A DNA stretch of 64,000 bases from an uncultured virus (IMG/VR IMGVR_UViG_3300025413_000018) (IMGVR_UViG_3300025413_000018); one strand, 5' to 3'. Shown: positions 1-9,073, numbered from the stretch's first letter. Translations and numbers: made by a program. Notes: generated by a model not told the origin, from the letters alone.

Positions 1-44
1 GGAGTATACTATGCGTAACCAGCCAAGGTTCACGATCCAGGTGA

Positions 45-350
45 AAAAGGGGGAATTGAGCAAAAGGGGGAATTGGGGGGAATTGGTTTTTTTGAATTCC
101 CCCTCGGCGAAGGCCGATAAACACAAGCTGTAGAGCCAACAGGGGGAAGGGGGGAATACCATGTTTCTTTCTTTTTCAAAATAAAATATATATATGGCTG
201 TGTGTATGGCTGTTTCTGTGGCTATTTACTATAAAGTGTTTCCCCCCGATAATTCCCCCCTTCCCCCTTTTCGTGTAACACGTTTCGTGTCACATACTTA
301 CCGATCGGGGGAACCCCTTGGGGGACTATGCCTCCTCAATTCCCCCTTAC
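45..350. repeat. Candidate replication origin: GGGGGAA/TTCCCCC iteron-like repeats around an AT-rich core
   Basis: About 11 copies of GGGGGAA in both orientations (e.g. 49, 66, 76, 142, 150, 307; reverse at 97, 240, 253, 261, 340), AT-rich tract 163-195, non-coding, downstream of the primase/NTPase genes. Origin function is inferred. Confidence 0.6.
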
Positions 351-469
351 GTTAAATGACTAATAGTCTACGATTCATGTTTCACGAACCATGAAACTTA
401 ACAAAAAGATATAACAAGTTAATAATTTACAGGCCGGAGCGTCACGCTTCACGGTTAATGGTTCAACTT

Positions 470-543
470 TGGAGGCGAGGGACGGACTCGAACCGTCGGT
501 GGGGCTTTTGCAGAGCCCTGCCTTACCACTTGGCTACCCCGCC
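470..543 (-). tRNA. tRNA-Cys(GCA)
   Basis: Reverse complement GGCGGGGTAGCCAAGTGGTAAGGCAGGGCTCTGCAAAAGCCCCACCGACGGTTCGAGTCCGTCCCTCGCCTCCA folds as a cloverleaf with GCA anticodon, GTTCGAG T-loop, U73 discriminator and encoded CCA. Confidence 0.96.
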
Positions 544-709
544 CTAGAAGTTGGGGTTACATTTCCTATACACATTTCAATATATGTAAAGGGGAATGCC
601 GCCCTGGCGTAGTTGGCCTGATCGGGGCGGCGTCGATCTGTAGGGGTGGACGCCGGAAACCTTGGGGGCGGAGTCCTCTTAACCACCTGGCTCTTTGGGG
701 CACTGACGC

Positions 710-2389
710 CTAGCCCACATTCACATGAACCGAGGATGGCTTTGCCGTGGATTCAACGTCGGTTATGAAGATCTTGTACTTATTGCAGTCCTTCTTCTTG
801 GATGTTTTGGGTATTAACGAGAGTCCTGTATCTGGTCTGGCACAGAGATCCTTGAGCTTGTAGCCCAGTTTATTACCTTCCAGACCCCGGAGGGCGTCAC
901 GAGAGCTTGTTTCAAGGCTTGTCGTTAACACTTCTCTCAGCTCTAGGGCGGTTCCTACCCAAGGCTTACGGCTTTCGCTAGATGGCAACTTCGCCCACCA
1001 TGCCTGGATAAGTTCGAGTAGACCGCTCTCAGGGCTGGACTGGAAAGCCGCTTCCCTAACCTTCTCGGATATGACGCTCTTTATGCCATACCTGCTCATT
1101 GGATCCGCAACCTCTGCTGGTATTACCCAAGCCTTTAGCCAAGCGAGGAAGTGTGACAACTCTTCGTCAACAATTTTGGAGTATACGGATGGCTCTGGAT
1201 GGTCTAGCCACTGGTGCAGATGTAGAGCAATCATCTTGTCCTCGTTGGACTGATCGAAATCGGGTAGTAACTTGATGGATCTCGGATCGTTGTTCAATCC
1301 TAATACGACACGACCCTTCCACTCGACCATCTTGGCCTGACCGTATTTCTCGTGAAACTTATGTTTTCCCGTTGCGGCAAGTTTCTTAATAACAGCCGAG
1401 TACCTCGATCTCATGGCTTCGCTTGAGGTTCCTTTGCTGTCGTCGATGACCGCAATAGGTGCGTGATATATTTCGCTGTTGAAGCTCGTTTCACCGCTTG
1501 CCATGTCCGAAAGATCGGCACTTCCACCCATAGCCGGCGTTAGGAGTTTCTCGATGATGAAGCTCTTGAAGCACTGAACCGGCCCAACGAGAGCCATGCT
1601 CTGCCCTAGGGCAAGTTCTCCGGCCTCCGCACTCTCGTAGAATCTCTTGAACCAAGCTAGGAAGGTCGTCTTGTAGAGATCAGAATCAAAGACGTTGTCG
1701 AGGATGGCGGCGTACCTGGGGAAGAATTCACCCCAATCTCCGGCTGTCTCTTCCGCAGGGAAGAGCTTTACTCTGGCGGTGTTAAGTAAAACCTCGCCGG
1801 AATCGGTATAGGTCTCGTTCTTGCAGTAGAGACGAGGTGCGGCACCATCGACCTTGCGGTCTTTGCGAATGGTTACCTTGGCACGATCCATCGGTGAGCA
1901 TGAGGCTCCCTTGGGTGCTTTGTCCGAGAATCCACGAACCTTTAGCTCTGCTGTTACCATCGCAACGCTTTCCACGCTCCAGTTCCCGTTGGGGTTCCTC
2001 ATGTAGAAGTTGCGACCATCCCAGTAGAGATCGTCGAAGTGCGCCGTGTTTGCGGCGGCGTTAATAACTGCCGCGCTTACTTCAGCGGCGGCCTCGGCGA
2101 AGAAGCTCGAATTAGCTTCGTCATTCGAGGCTCCCGATTCAGATAGATCAGCTTCTGCATCTTCCCCGTGTCCGTCCTCATCACCTGAGCCAGTCTGGTC
2201 AGCCTCACCGCTGTCAGACTCCCCGAGCACGCTCCCAGAGGGACTACAATCGCCGCTAGATCCGAGGCAATCTTCTGCCAGTGTTTCTTGTCCTTCGCAT
2301 TCACTTCCACAATGGAGTGAGCTGATTGATTCCCCGACAGCGTGATCGATTTGATCGGTAGGGAGAGATTCTTGAGTATCGTTAGCCAT
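710..2389 (-). CDS. Primase-associated P-loop NTPase/helicase (DUF5906/D5-like); start uncertain
   Basis: Degenerate Walker A (LVGPVQCFKS), Walker B-like AVIDD, HEKY motif; adjacent to the primase. The first ~100 codons overlap the primase gene. Confidence 0.7.
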   Translation of the reverse strand: MANDTQESLPTDQIDHAVGESISSLHCGSECEGQETLAEDCLGSSGDCSPSGSVLGESDSGEADQTGSGDEDGHGEDAEADLSESGASNDEANSSFFAEAAAEVSAAVINAAANTAHFDDLYWDGRNFYMRNPNGNWSVESVAMVTAELKVRGFSDKAPKGASCSPMDRAKVTIRKDRKVDGAAPRLYCKNETYTDSGEVLLNTARVKLFPAEETAGDWGEFFPRYAAILDNVFDSDLYKTTFLAWFKRFYESAEAGELALGQSMALVGPVQCFKSFIIEKLLTPAMGGSADLSDMASGETSFNSEIYHAPIAVIDDSKGTSSEAMRSRYSAVIKKLAATGKHKFHEKYGQAKMVEWKGRVVLGLNNDPRSIKLLPDFDQSNEDKMIALHLHQWLDHPEPSVYSKIVDEELSHFLAWLKAWVIPAEVADPMSRYGIKSVISEKVREAAFQSSPESGLLELIQAWWAKLPSSESRKPWVGTALELREVLTTSLETSSRDALRGLEGNKLGYKLKDLCARPDTGLSLIPKTSKKKDCNKYKIFITDVESTAKPSSVHVNVG

Positions 2390-3033
2390 TTTTCTACGGG
2401 TGTGTTGTCCGCCTCGATGAGGCAGTATTTGTATTTGGTGAGAGTTTCTTCGGAGCGACGGCTTTCTTTTCCGAGCCGATCGACGTATTTGGATTCCCCG
2501 CTGACGGGGTTAAGGAGCATCCAAGCACCTGACTTGTTATTTCTGACGGCATTCTCCAGCAGTGCATCAGGAGTCTCGTGACTCCAGACAAGCTGTCCTT
2601 GTGATTGCTCGTTGGTGAAGACGATGGTTTTCTCGTCATCTCCGTAAAGCACCCGAAGGTGATCAGCCGAGGAGAGTCCTTCGACAGCGATAGGGCTGTA
2701 CGACATGATTTCTTCGATACTGGTGTCCGGCTGTGATCCATATTCCTTGATGAGTGCTTCATTGAGTGGTGGTTTGGGTATCGAGAAGCGTTCTTCGGTC
2801 GGGTTGTTGATCTCGACCTTCACCTTACGAAGGGTGTTGGAAACTTCGCTTGGTTGAGGAGGCCGGCTCATCCAGCGATTTACCCAGGCATCGATTGCCT
2901 CATCCGGCCATCCGCCGGCAACCAAGGCATTAACCGCCCGATAGAGCCAAGCGTGGCAACCGGCTCCCGAAGCAGGGCAGGGTGGGATCCAGCCCTCTTC
3001 AGGGGGTGTTTCTGGATCATGTGGCTTAAACAT
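2077..3033 (-). CDS. RepB-like/AEP-type DNA primase
   Basis: Motifs LIEAD, SGNQSAH and RLTRL match RepB-primase patterns. Start placed at ATG 3033, just after a GTAATAACC motif. Confidence 0.7.
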   Translation of the reverse strand: MFKPHDPETPPEEGWIPPCPASGAGCHAWLYRAVNALVAGGWPDEAIDAWVNRWMSRPPQPSEVSNTLRKVKVEINNPTEERFSIPKPPLNEALIKEYGSQPDTSIEEIMSYSPIAVEGLSSADHLRVLYGDDEKTIVFTNEQSQGQLVWSHETPDALLENAVRNNKSGAWMLLNPVSGESKYVDRLGKESRRSEETLTKYKYCLIEADNTPVEKWLTILKNLSLPIKSITLSGNQSAHSIVEVNAKDKKHWQKIASDLAAIVVPLGACSGSLTAVRLTRLAQVMRTDTGKMQKLIYLNREPRMTKLIRASSPRPPLK

Positions 3034-3154
3034 AGGTTGTGGGGTTATTACTCTAGGTGTGAGATTCAATTTATCAACAGATAAACTTCCAGCACCAGGA
3101 ACCCTAAAAGGATAACCATCTGTACCAGAAGACTAGGGAACGAATCGAACCAGT

Positions 3155-3367
3155 TCATGCCATTCCTCCCACGAGTGCGAAGTAATTGGCTACGGCCTTT
3201 AGCTCGGATGCGGTCATGCCTCCGATTGATGAGTCAAGCTCCTTGGCACGGGATGCCGCCCATCCATGAAGGTAAGCGTATCGCATGAATCCTCTGTGAG
3301 TCATGTCCTCGAAGTATCTTACGCCTTCGCTCCTATAGAAATCGTCGAAGTGATCTTCAGCGGTCAT
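3155..3367 (-). CDS. Hypothetical protein
   Basis: 70-aa ORF co-oriented with and overlapping the upstream gene end. Confidence 0.55.
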   Translation of the reverse strand: MTAEDHFDDFYRSEGVRYFEDMTHRGFMRYAYLHGWAASRAKELDSSIGGMTASELKAVANYFALVGGMA

Positions 3368-3500
3368 TTTTCTTAGGCTTCTGGGGTGATGTCTTCTTTT
3401 TCTTGAAGATCCGGTCGTAGTTCTCAGCCCACTTGGTAGCCTTGTAGGGGCGAGGGCGAGGGCCTTTACCGGCGTGAACAGTGTAAATTTCTTGTGTCAT
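3357..3500 (-). CDS. Small basic phage protein (GKGPRPRP...NYDRIF)
   Basis: ATG at 3500 follows a GTAATAACC motif; the motif resembles small proteins seen in aquatic phages. Confidence 0.6.
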   Translation of the reverse strand: MTQEIYTVHAGKGPRPRPYKATKWAENYDRIFKKKKTSPQKPKKNDR

Positions 3501-3514
3501 GGGTTGTAGGGTTA

Positions 3515-5263
3515 TTACTTGGTGTATTGCTTGCAAATCGATGCCTCTGCTCCGAGTGGTAACGACCTGCAAAAGTGTGGTGATGTAGACATGATCTCCT
3601 GTATTTTTGTTCGATCTTTTTCTGCATCTTTTTCATCGACCAGGACTACCACCTCGTCGTGAACTCGCATGATTATCTCGTATCCTGCCTCTTCCAAGGC
3701 TCGGCATCTGTTCATAAAGATCGCCGCGGCAAAACCTTGAGTGGCATTTTCTGCCAGTAGACCTCCGTAAACCTTACTACGAACCATCTTTCCGTTGCGG
3801 CTGATGACCGCAGAAGCTCCGTATCCCTCTCGCTTTACGTCTCGGTAGATCAACGTCCGGTCGTCGGTTAGGTGAATCGTGAACTCTGATCCAACTCCCT
3901 TGATCATCTCTTGTTCAAACTTCTTCCAAAGAGCCACGATCTTTGGGTTAGACCTACGGTAGTCGTCTACGATCCTTGCACTCTCGGTGGGGGATATACG
4001 GAGTCTAGCCATCATCCATGCTACGACTTGGAACTTTGCCGCACCGCATCCGAATCCCAACCCTAGGACACGAGCCTTGGCAAGCTGACGCATATCGTTA
4101 TCGACTTCCTTGAGCGGCCTAGGATCCGAGTAACCCATCGTTGTCCGGGCATGGGCTTCGTAAATATCAATGCCGGTCTTTAAGATCTCTAGGGTGCTTC
4201 GATCCCCAGCAAGGTAAAGAATCACCCTGGACTCGATCTGAGCCAGGTCGCATACGACCAAAGCCTTTCCTTCTGGTGCCTCGATTAGCTTTCGTAGCTC
4301 CACCCCGGCAATCTCACCCTTCGGTAGGTTCTGAGCGTTCCAGCCACCGCCTCCTGAATCCCTTCCGGTCGTAGCTCCGTAGTATTTTATCTCATACCCC
4401 ATGCGCCCATCAGGTCGTGTACGGGAGAGCATAGTGGTTACCGCCTTGAGATGCTTGTTTGCTTTTCTGTAAGCACGCACAGCGGCAATCCAAGGATACT
4501 TGTCCGAGAACTCTTCTTCCCATTCTTGGGCTGATTCCTCCTTCTCGGAGAAGCTATCGGGAGACCAGATGCCTTCTTTCTCACATTCTTCTCGAATTGC
4601 GTGCAGGGAGAGGGGAGGTCGAGGGCCATCTACCCACGGAAGCAAGGCTTTTTGCCTCTCAGACTCCTCGTGTAAGGCAGAAACAGCTCGCTCTAGGGCG
4701 TATTTGTTCACCGGAACGCCTCTCATGGACATTTCTCGACCCATTCTGGAGATTTCCCGCTCATTTTCAGGCCACTTATTTCCTTCTGTTAACCAGAGAT
4801 TTAAGGTGTGTCTGGCGTCTTCGAGGGCGTAATTTGACACTTCTTTCTGAAATTCTGGCGTCATTGAGTCCCATTTCTTGCCTTTCATGTTGTCACGAGT
4901 GGTTTTCGTGAGGTCGATACCAAGGATATAGTGCGCCGCTTCTTTCAGTGACCTAGGCCACCCTAGGAAGGCTACCATATCGGCAGTATCGTATACCGCC
5001 GCCGGCGTTACTTGTGGCACGATACCCTTCTCCTGCAACGCTTCGAGCAGTGTCATGTCGAATGCGGCGTTGTGCATGATCACATTAGCTCCGTTTACCT
5101 GCTCCGTGGGAGCATCCTTTGGGTGACCGACAAATTCGATGCCGGTATCCGATACCATCGAGACCATGTAGATGTCGGTTGCCCTGGCATAGTGCCAAGC
5201 CCCCATTGTGGTTACTGAAATGTCTGCGCTATAGAAGGCTTCAAAGTCTATGGCGATGTTCAT
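3515..5263 (-). CDS. polA: Phage DNA polymerase, family A, with 3'-5' exonuclease
   Basis: ExoI IDFE, ExoII HNAAFD, ExoIII YALED; motif A DLAQIESR, motif B RQLAKARVLGLGFG, motif C VHDE. Start at MNIAIDFE gives an ATGA overlap with the upstream gene. Confidence 0.93.
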   Translation of the reverse strand: MNIAIDFEAFYSADISVTTMGAWHYARATDIYMVSMVSDTGIEFVGHPKDAPTEQVNGANVIMHNAAFDMTLLEALQEKGIVPQVTPAAVYDTADMVAFLGWPRSLKEAAHYILGIDLTKTTRDNMKGKKWDSMTPEFQKEVSNYALEDARHTLNLWLTEGNKWPENEREISRMGREMSMRGVPVNKYALERAVSALHEESERQKALLPWVDGPRPPLSLHAIREECEKEGIWSPDSFSEKEESAQEWEEEFSDKYPWIAAVRAYRKANKHLKAVTTMLSRTRPDGRMGYEIKYYGATTGRDSGGGGWNAQNLPKGEIAGVELRKLIEAPEGKALVVCDLAQIESRVILYLAGDRSTLEILKTGIDIYEAHARTTMGYSDPRPLKEVDNDMRQLAKARVLGLGFGCGAAKFQVVAWMMARLRISPTESARIVDDYRRSNPKIVALWKKFEQEMIKGVGSEFTIHLTDDRTLIYRDVKREGYGASAVISRNGKMVRSKVYGGLLAENATQGFAAAIFMNRCRALEEAGYEIIMRVHDEVVVLVDEKDAEKDRTKIQEIMSTSPHFCRSLPLGAEASICKQYTK

Positions 5264-5505
5264 TTGATAAACAAAGGGTTCTTCGGATTCTTTTCTAGGC
5301 AAGCCGCTTGCCATTCTAGGAGTCGGTCAAGGTCGGCAAAGTTGGACTTGCACCGTGGGCAAATTGGGTCACTGAGCCGAGCCTCACGGGAATTGTTACG
5401 CTTTCCCTTGGCACCACAGGCTATGCAAGTATACCGGCGTCGAGGCAACGATTCTCCTGCGGCCTTGGCTACGTTTGGGTCTAGTTCATTTTCGTAGTCC
5501 CTCAT
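5260..5505 (-). CDS. Zinc-ribbon protein
   Basis: CIAC...CPRC cysteine pairs; ATGA overlaps on both sides. Confidence 0.65.
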   Translation of the reverse strand: MRDYENELDPNVAKAAGESLPRRRYTCIACGAKGKRNNSREARLSDPICPRCKSNFADLDRLLEWQAACLEKNPKNPLFIK

Positions 5506-5711
5506 TCTTGAACTCGATATAGGTGTATTCTTAGAGCTTTAGGCTCACCTAGTTTTTCCATGAAGTAGACCTCGGCGTTTTGAAGCCCTAGACCTGCATC
5601 GATTAAAAATGCTTTGAGTTGACGAGCCAACTCCATGCCTTCATCCAGTTGGATGTCTTCCCCAGTTTTTAAGTCTCTGGCAAATCTGTGCAATCGTGGG
5701 TCAGTCTTCAT
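5502..5711 (-). CDS. Hypothetical protein
   Basis: 69-aa ORF with ATGA coupling on both sides. Confidence 0.6.
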   Translation of the reverse strand: MKTDPRLHRFARDLKTGEDIQLDEGMELARQLKAFLIDAGLGLQNAEVYFMEKLGEPKALRIHLYRVQE

Positions 5712-6361
5712 TTTTGTTTCAGCTTCTGGATCTCATCGCGAAGGTAGCGGATAGCCCTTGCTGTGTGAACGCATGACCATTCGATTGATGCGATGTCGGC
5801 ATCCAGCGGCATCTCCCCCTGCTTTGGCGACGGGCGGCGGGTGCGGAAACGAAGAAACTTATAACAACTTGCATCTGCCCCAATCATTTCATCAATAACA
5901 GGTTTATATTGCGGCTGGCCCTTCCATCGGGTCTCATCCCCCTCTTGTATTACCTCGTCAGGGCCAAGCTCTCGCCATTCGGTGTCCTTTTGAGAAGGAC
6001 AGGTTTCGGTGGATGTGTCCTTTTCTGAAGTTTCCTCTGTCGTTGGGGTGAGTTGCTGAATCTGCGACCTGTAGTAACTTCTGCGGTCTGGATCTTCGAT
6101 GTATTCGACTATGATTGAAGCGACCTCATGCAGTTGTTTGAACTTGGCATCGGTATTCCCCTCATGGGTGAATTCCGGTGCAGGATCTAAACTGACGGGT
6201 TCCTTGCAATCGCAATGGCTGAACTTGTGCGTAGTGTTGGCGCAAGTTGGGTTAGCTGGTTCCGTTACATTTCCTATGCACTTGTCGGGATGTGTTGAGG
6301 TTTCTGGTTCCTTGCCAGCAAAGAACGTGGTAGTTGAATTGACGGGTTTAAGTGGGTTCAT
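5708..6361 (-). CDS. Hypothetical protein, possibly mosaic
   Basis: Long ORF, likely start MNPLKP at 6361; contains a WRELGPDEVIQEGDE segment. Confidence 0.55.
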   Translation of the reverse strand: MNPLKPVNSTTTFFAGKEPETSTHPDKCIGNVTEPANPTCANTTHKFSHCDCKEPVSLDPAPEFTHEGNTDAKFKQLHEVASIIVEYIEDPDRRSYYRSQIQQLTPTTEETSEKDTSTETCPSQKDTEWRELGPDEVIQEGDETRWKGQPQYKPVIDEMIGADASCYKFLRFRTRRPSPKQGEMPLDADIASIEWSCVHTARAIRYLRDEIQKLKQK

Positions 6362-6389
6362 ATTCTTATTGAATGCGGTGTTGATGTTT

Positions 6390-6731
6390 TTATTGGTTGT
6401 GCGGCTTTTGAATGGCATCTCGGATTTCTTGACCCCTTGTAGGGCTGATGCCATCCATCATATCAGCAGCCCATTCGCATACCTCACGGAGCCTTGCGAC
6501 CTCTTTCTCCTGTTCGATAAAAGCCTGTTTGCATTTTTGCGCCTTGGAAGCCTCATCCCTGTAGTGCTGATGATAGTTGGAAACCTCGTTGGTTTTCTCG
6601 GCGAGTTCGATTTCAATAGTTTCAGCCACATAAGCCATATATAGGTATGCTTCATAATCGGTCTTTTGACCGTTGAATGCGGTATGTCTCGCTTGATTCG
6701 TCCTCGGTGTTGGTGTGGTGTTGGAGTTCAT
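6390..6731 (-). CDS. Coiled-coil small protein, TPRT...ELAEKTNEV paralog 1
   Basis: Shares N-terminal TTPTPRT and ELAEKTNEV blocks with neighbouring ORFs. Confidence 0.6.
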   Translation of the reverse strand: MNSNTTPTPRTNQARHTAFNGQKTDYEAYLYMAYVAETIEIELAEKTNEVSNYHQHYRDEASKAQKCKQAFIEQEKEVARLREVCEWAADMMDGISPTRGQEIRDAIQKPHNQ

Positions 6732-6871
6732 TTTGTTATTAGATGTGCGATGAGTTTTATTATTAGATACGCACCCCAGAATGGGACAATGCAGAGGATG
6801 AACTTTCCTTCTCCCTTGAGCATGAACCATGCAGCCCTTGCTCTTCTTTCAATGATTTCATAGATTTTCAC
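6728..6871 (-). CDS. Small membrane protein (47 aa, not in ORF track)
   Basis: GTG start, MKIYEIIERRARAAWFMLKGEGKFILCIVPFWGAYLIIKLIAHLITK; ATGA overlap with the next gene. Confidence 0.5.
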   Translation of the reverse strand: MKIYEIIERRARAAWFMLKGEGKFILCIVPFWGAYLIIKLIAHLITK

Positions 6872-6901
6872 TGGTTAGTAAACTTGTGGTGTTTCAGTAA
6901 A

Positions 6902-7210
6902 CTAGGAGGGTTTATCGTTCGGGTTGTGGTTGAGTTGTTCTTGGTACCTAATGCGTGTTTCAAGGGTCTCTGCAAAGTTGTGGAGTTGTTTAATGATAGC
7001 CTCGGCTTTCTCGGCTCGTCCTTTCCAATGCTCGGCGAGTTTGTCGCCACGCTTTGCGGCATCCATGACCATCTCCTTGAGTCGAGCTACCTCGTTGGTT
7101 TTTTCGGCGAGTTCGCGTTCTAGCTGACGGCATAATCTGCTCATATAGTGGGCTTTACCTGATGCTAGTAATTGGTAAGTCCTCGGCGTTGGTGTGGTGT
7201 CGGGGTTCAT
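6902..7210 (-). CDS. Coiled-coil small protein, paralog 2
   Basis: MNPDTTPTPRT...LERELAEKTNEVARL. Confidence 0.6.
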   Translation of the reverse strand: MNPDTTPTPRTYQLLASGKAHYMSRLCRQLERELAEKTNEVARLKEMVMDAAKRGDKLAEHWKGRAEKAEAIIKQLHNFAETLETRIRYQEQLNHNPNDKPS

Positions 7211-7383
7211 TTGACTTTTATTTCGTTGTTTGGTGTGCATGGTGGGGTGTTGTGGAAGAGTTCCAGCTTCACCCATTCAAGAACCGCTAGGGTATCCATG
7301 ACTTCCATATTTCCGTAGCGGCCCCGGATGAGTTGCCAGAGTTCGTTTTTGAAGTATTCGCGTTCGCTAGTGTCGAAGTTCAT
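7207..7383 (-). CDS. Hypothetical protein (58 aa, not in ORF track)
   Basis: MNFDTSEREYFKNELWQLIRGRYG...; fills the gap with ATGA overlaps at both ends. Confidence 0.55.
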   Translation of the reverse strand: MNFDTSEREYFKNELWQLIRGRYGNMEVMDTLAVLEWVKLELFHNTPPCTPNNEIKVK

Positions 7384-7757
7384 TTGGTGAGTTGGTTGAG
7401 TTGTTCGCGGTATCTGTCGGCTAAACGATGGGCCGTGAATGCGGTCAGCTTCGGAGTCTGGAATGGAACTTTCTCTAGCTCAAAAAGGACTTTTCCCAGA
7501 AGCTCACGGAGCCTTGCGACTTCGCGTTCAAGCTCTCTGGCTAAATCCCAGATTTGATAAGATTTAATTTCTTGGTTGTAATCTAATTCATCTACGCGAG
7601 GCGTGGCGACCTCGTTGGTTTTCTCGGCGAGTTCTCGTTCCAAAGCTCTACAAGCTGAACTCGGAACAACTATTGCTTTAAGACCCATGGCTTCTTCAGC
7701 CTGATCCGTGAACGGTGTATCACTTACTTTGCTAGTATCAGTATCTTGTAAATTCAT
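7380..7757 (-). CDS. Coiled-coil small protein, paralog 3
   Basis: SDTPFTD...LERELAEKTNEVA...LEREVARLRE. Confidence 0.6.
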   Translation of the reverse strand: MNLQDTDTSKVSDTPFTDQAEEAMGLKAIVVPSSACRALERELAEKTNEVATPRVDELDYNQEIKSYQIWDLARELEREVARLRELLGKVLFELEKVPFQTPKLTAFTAHRLADRYREQLNQLTK

Positions 7758-7821
7758 AAAAAAGTGCCGGTCTTTCCCGACTGCCATGCCCGTTTATCCT
7801 CTGAGGGCAATAGAGCAACTT

Positions 7822-8352
7822 CTAGTTCTTGCGAGGACGACCACGCTTTTTGGTCATTCCTGAAGCAACCTTTAGTAGGTTGATCTGCTTCTTCTGCTCT
7901 TCTGCGTAGGCTTTCATAATGTCGAGAGCCTCGGAGTATAGAGTTACCATCTTGTTCAGCCTCTCTATCTCTTCCTCTTGAGTGAGGTTCATGCAGAGAG
8001 ATTCCTCGAACATCTCGGAATTATCGTGATGGCTTTGATCCGCTAGAACCCTGCGAATCCATCGGGTGAACCTACGGATCATGGGAACCTGTTCCTCATC
8101 CTCTTCCGGTGGGATACAGCACCCATCACAGCCGTGAGGATGGTCACAGCCGTAGATATCATCTGGGTCTGGATGACCGATACCATGAGGACAGATACGC
8201 TCGGTGATTCCAAGATCACCCCTGTAGTGTTGAGGCCAATCTGCCATGTGATGATCACTTGGATTATGGACAGGGCAGAAGTCTCCCATGCAACGATCCT
8301 CGCTGTGGGTGATTAGTTCCTGATCGCTTTTGTGTGGTTTCCAGATGCTCAT
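7822..8352 (-). CDS. His/Cys-rich hypothetical protein
   Basis: CPVHNPSDHH...ERICPHGIGHPDPD...HGCDGCC putative metal-binding domain; C-terminal RGRPRK AT-hook-like tail. Confidence 0.65.
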   Translation of the reverse strand: MSIWKPHKSDQELITHSEDRCMGDFCPVHNPSDHHMADWPQHYRGDLGITERICPHGIGHPDPDDIYGCDHPHGCDGCCIPPEEDEEQVPMIRRFTRWIRRVLADQSHHDNSEMFEESLCMNLTQEEEIERLNKMVTLYSEALDIMKAYAEEQKKQINLLKVASGMTKKRGRPRKN

Positions 8353-9059
8353 ATAATTTCTAAGAGTGCGGTTTTGAGGTCTTCGATTGATCCAAGATTC
8401 TTGAGAACCTTCTGCCCTAGGAGATCCTGCGTCTCACTTGAGTGCTCGTAGCTTATGGTCTTAATTCCCAGCTCCAGGTCAGTTCTAATAACCCGATGGA
8501 CATCGCCACCAAGCTCACCGATGACATCGATTTCGTTTTGGAAACGAACATCGTCAACTACGACCTTACGACCATTGGATAGCCACTTTTCGATGGTTCT
8601 CTTGGTGATATGAGCCCAGATATTCTGACCGATGCAGTTGCGACCCCACTCTGTTCCGAGGGTCTGCATAGCAAACCTTGGGCTTTTCCAGTTGAGAGCC
8701 GCTAGTCCTTCCTCTTTAAGGTCTCCCTCTAGGGCGGATACAATGGTTTTGTTGTCCATGCCGGATTCCTCCAGAACGACCCTGAGCATCCTCTTTAGGA
8801 CATCGGCAAAACGAACACGAACAAATCCATAGTCTTCCGTTAGGATCTTTGCCGCTGTTGATTTGCCTGCTCCAGCTAGGCCGGAGAACCCGATAAGATT
8901 AACCTCATTGACCTGCTTCTCACCGATAAGATCTTCGATCTGCTTCCTATAGTGAGAAATCAAACGAAAGTGATCGTCCGTAGTGATATAAAGACGCTCA
9001 TCGTGAACGTAGCTTGGGATAACCTTATCCCCTGAATAAATGACTCCGTGTGTTTCCAT
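8349..9059 (-). CDS. Deoxynucleoside monophosphate kinase
   Basis: GLAGAGKST P-loop, FADVLK, PRFAMQTLGTEWGR, DDVRFQNE and HSSE motifs typical of phage dNMP kinases. Confidence 0.88.
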   Translation of the reverse strand: METHGVIYSGDKVIPSYVHDERLYITTDDHFRLISHYRKQIEDLIGEKQVNEVNLIGFSGLAGAGKSTAAKILTEDYGFVRVRFADVLKRMLRVVLEESGMDNKTIVSALEGDLKEEGLAALNWKSPRFAMQTLGTEWGRNCIGQNIWAHITKRTIEKWLSNGRKVVVDDVRFQNEIDVIGELGGDVHRVIRTDLELGIKTISYEHSSETQDLLGQKVLKNLGSIEDLKTALLEII

Positions 9060-9073
9060 GTATAAGAAAGTTT

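Noticed and set aside
470..543. tRNA-Cys as a prophage boundary (attL/attR)
   Set aside because: No duplicate of its 3' end was seen, the flanks look phage-like, and a better att candidate lies beside the integrase.
596..632. GC-rich hairpin as a second tRNA or ncRNA
   Set aside because: A single stem with no cloverleaf or T-loop, too little support to call.
6390..7757. CRISPR array or DGR template/variable repeats
   Set aside because: Repeats are in-frame coding blocks about 500 nt apart, differences are not adenine-specific, and no reverse transcriptase or cas operon is visible.
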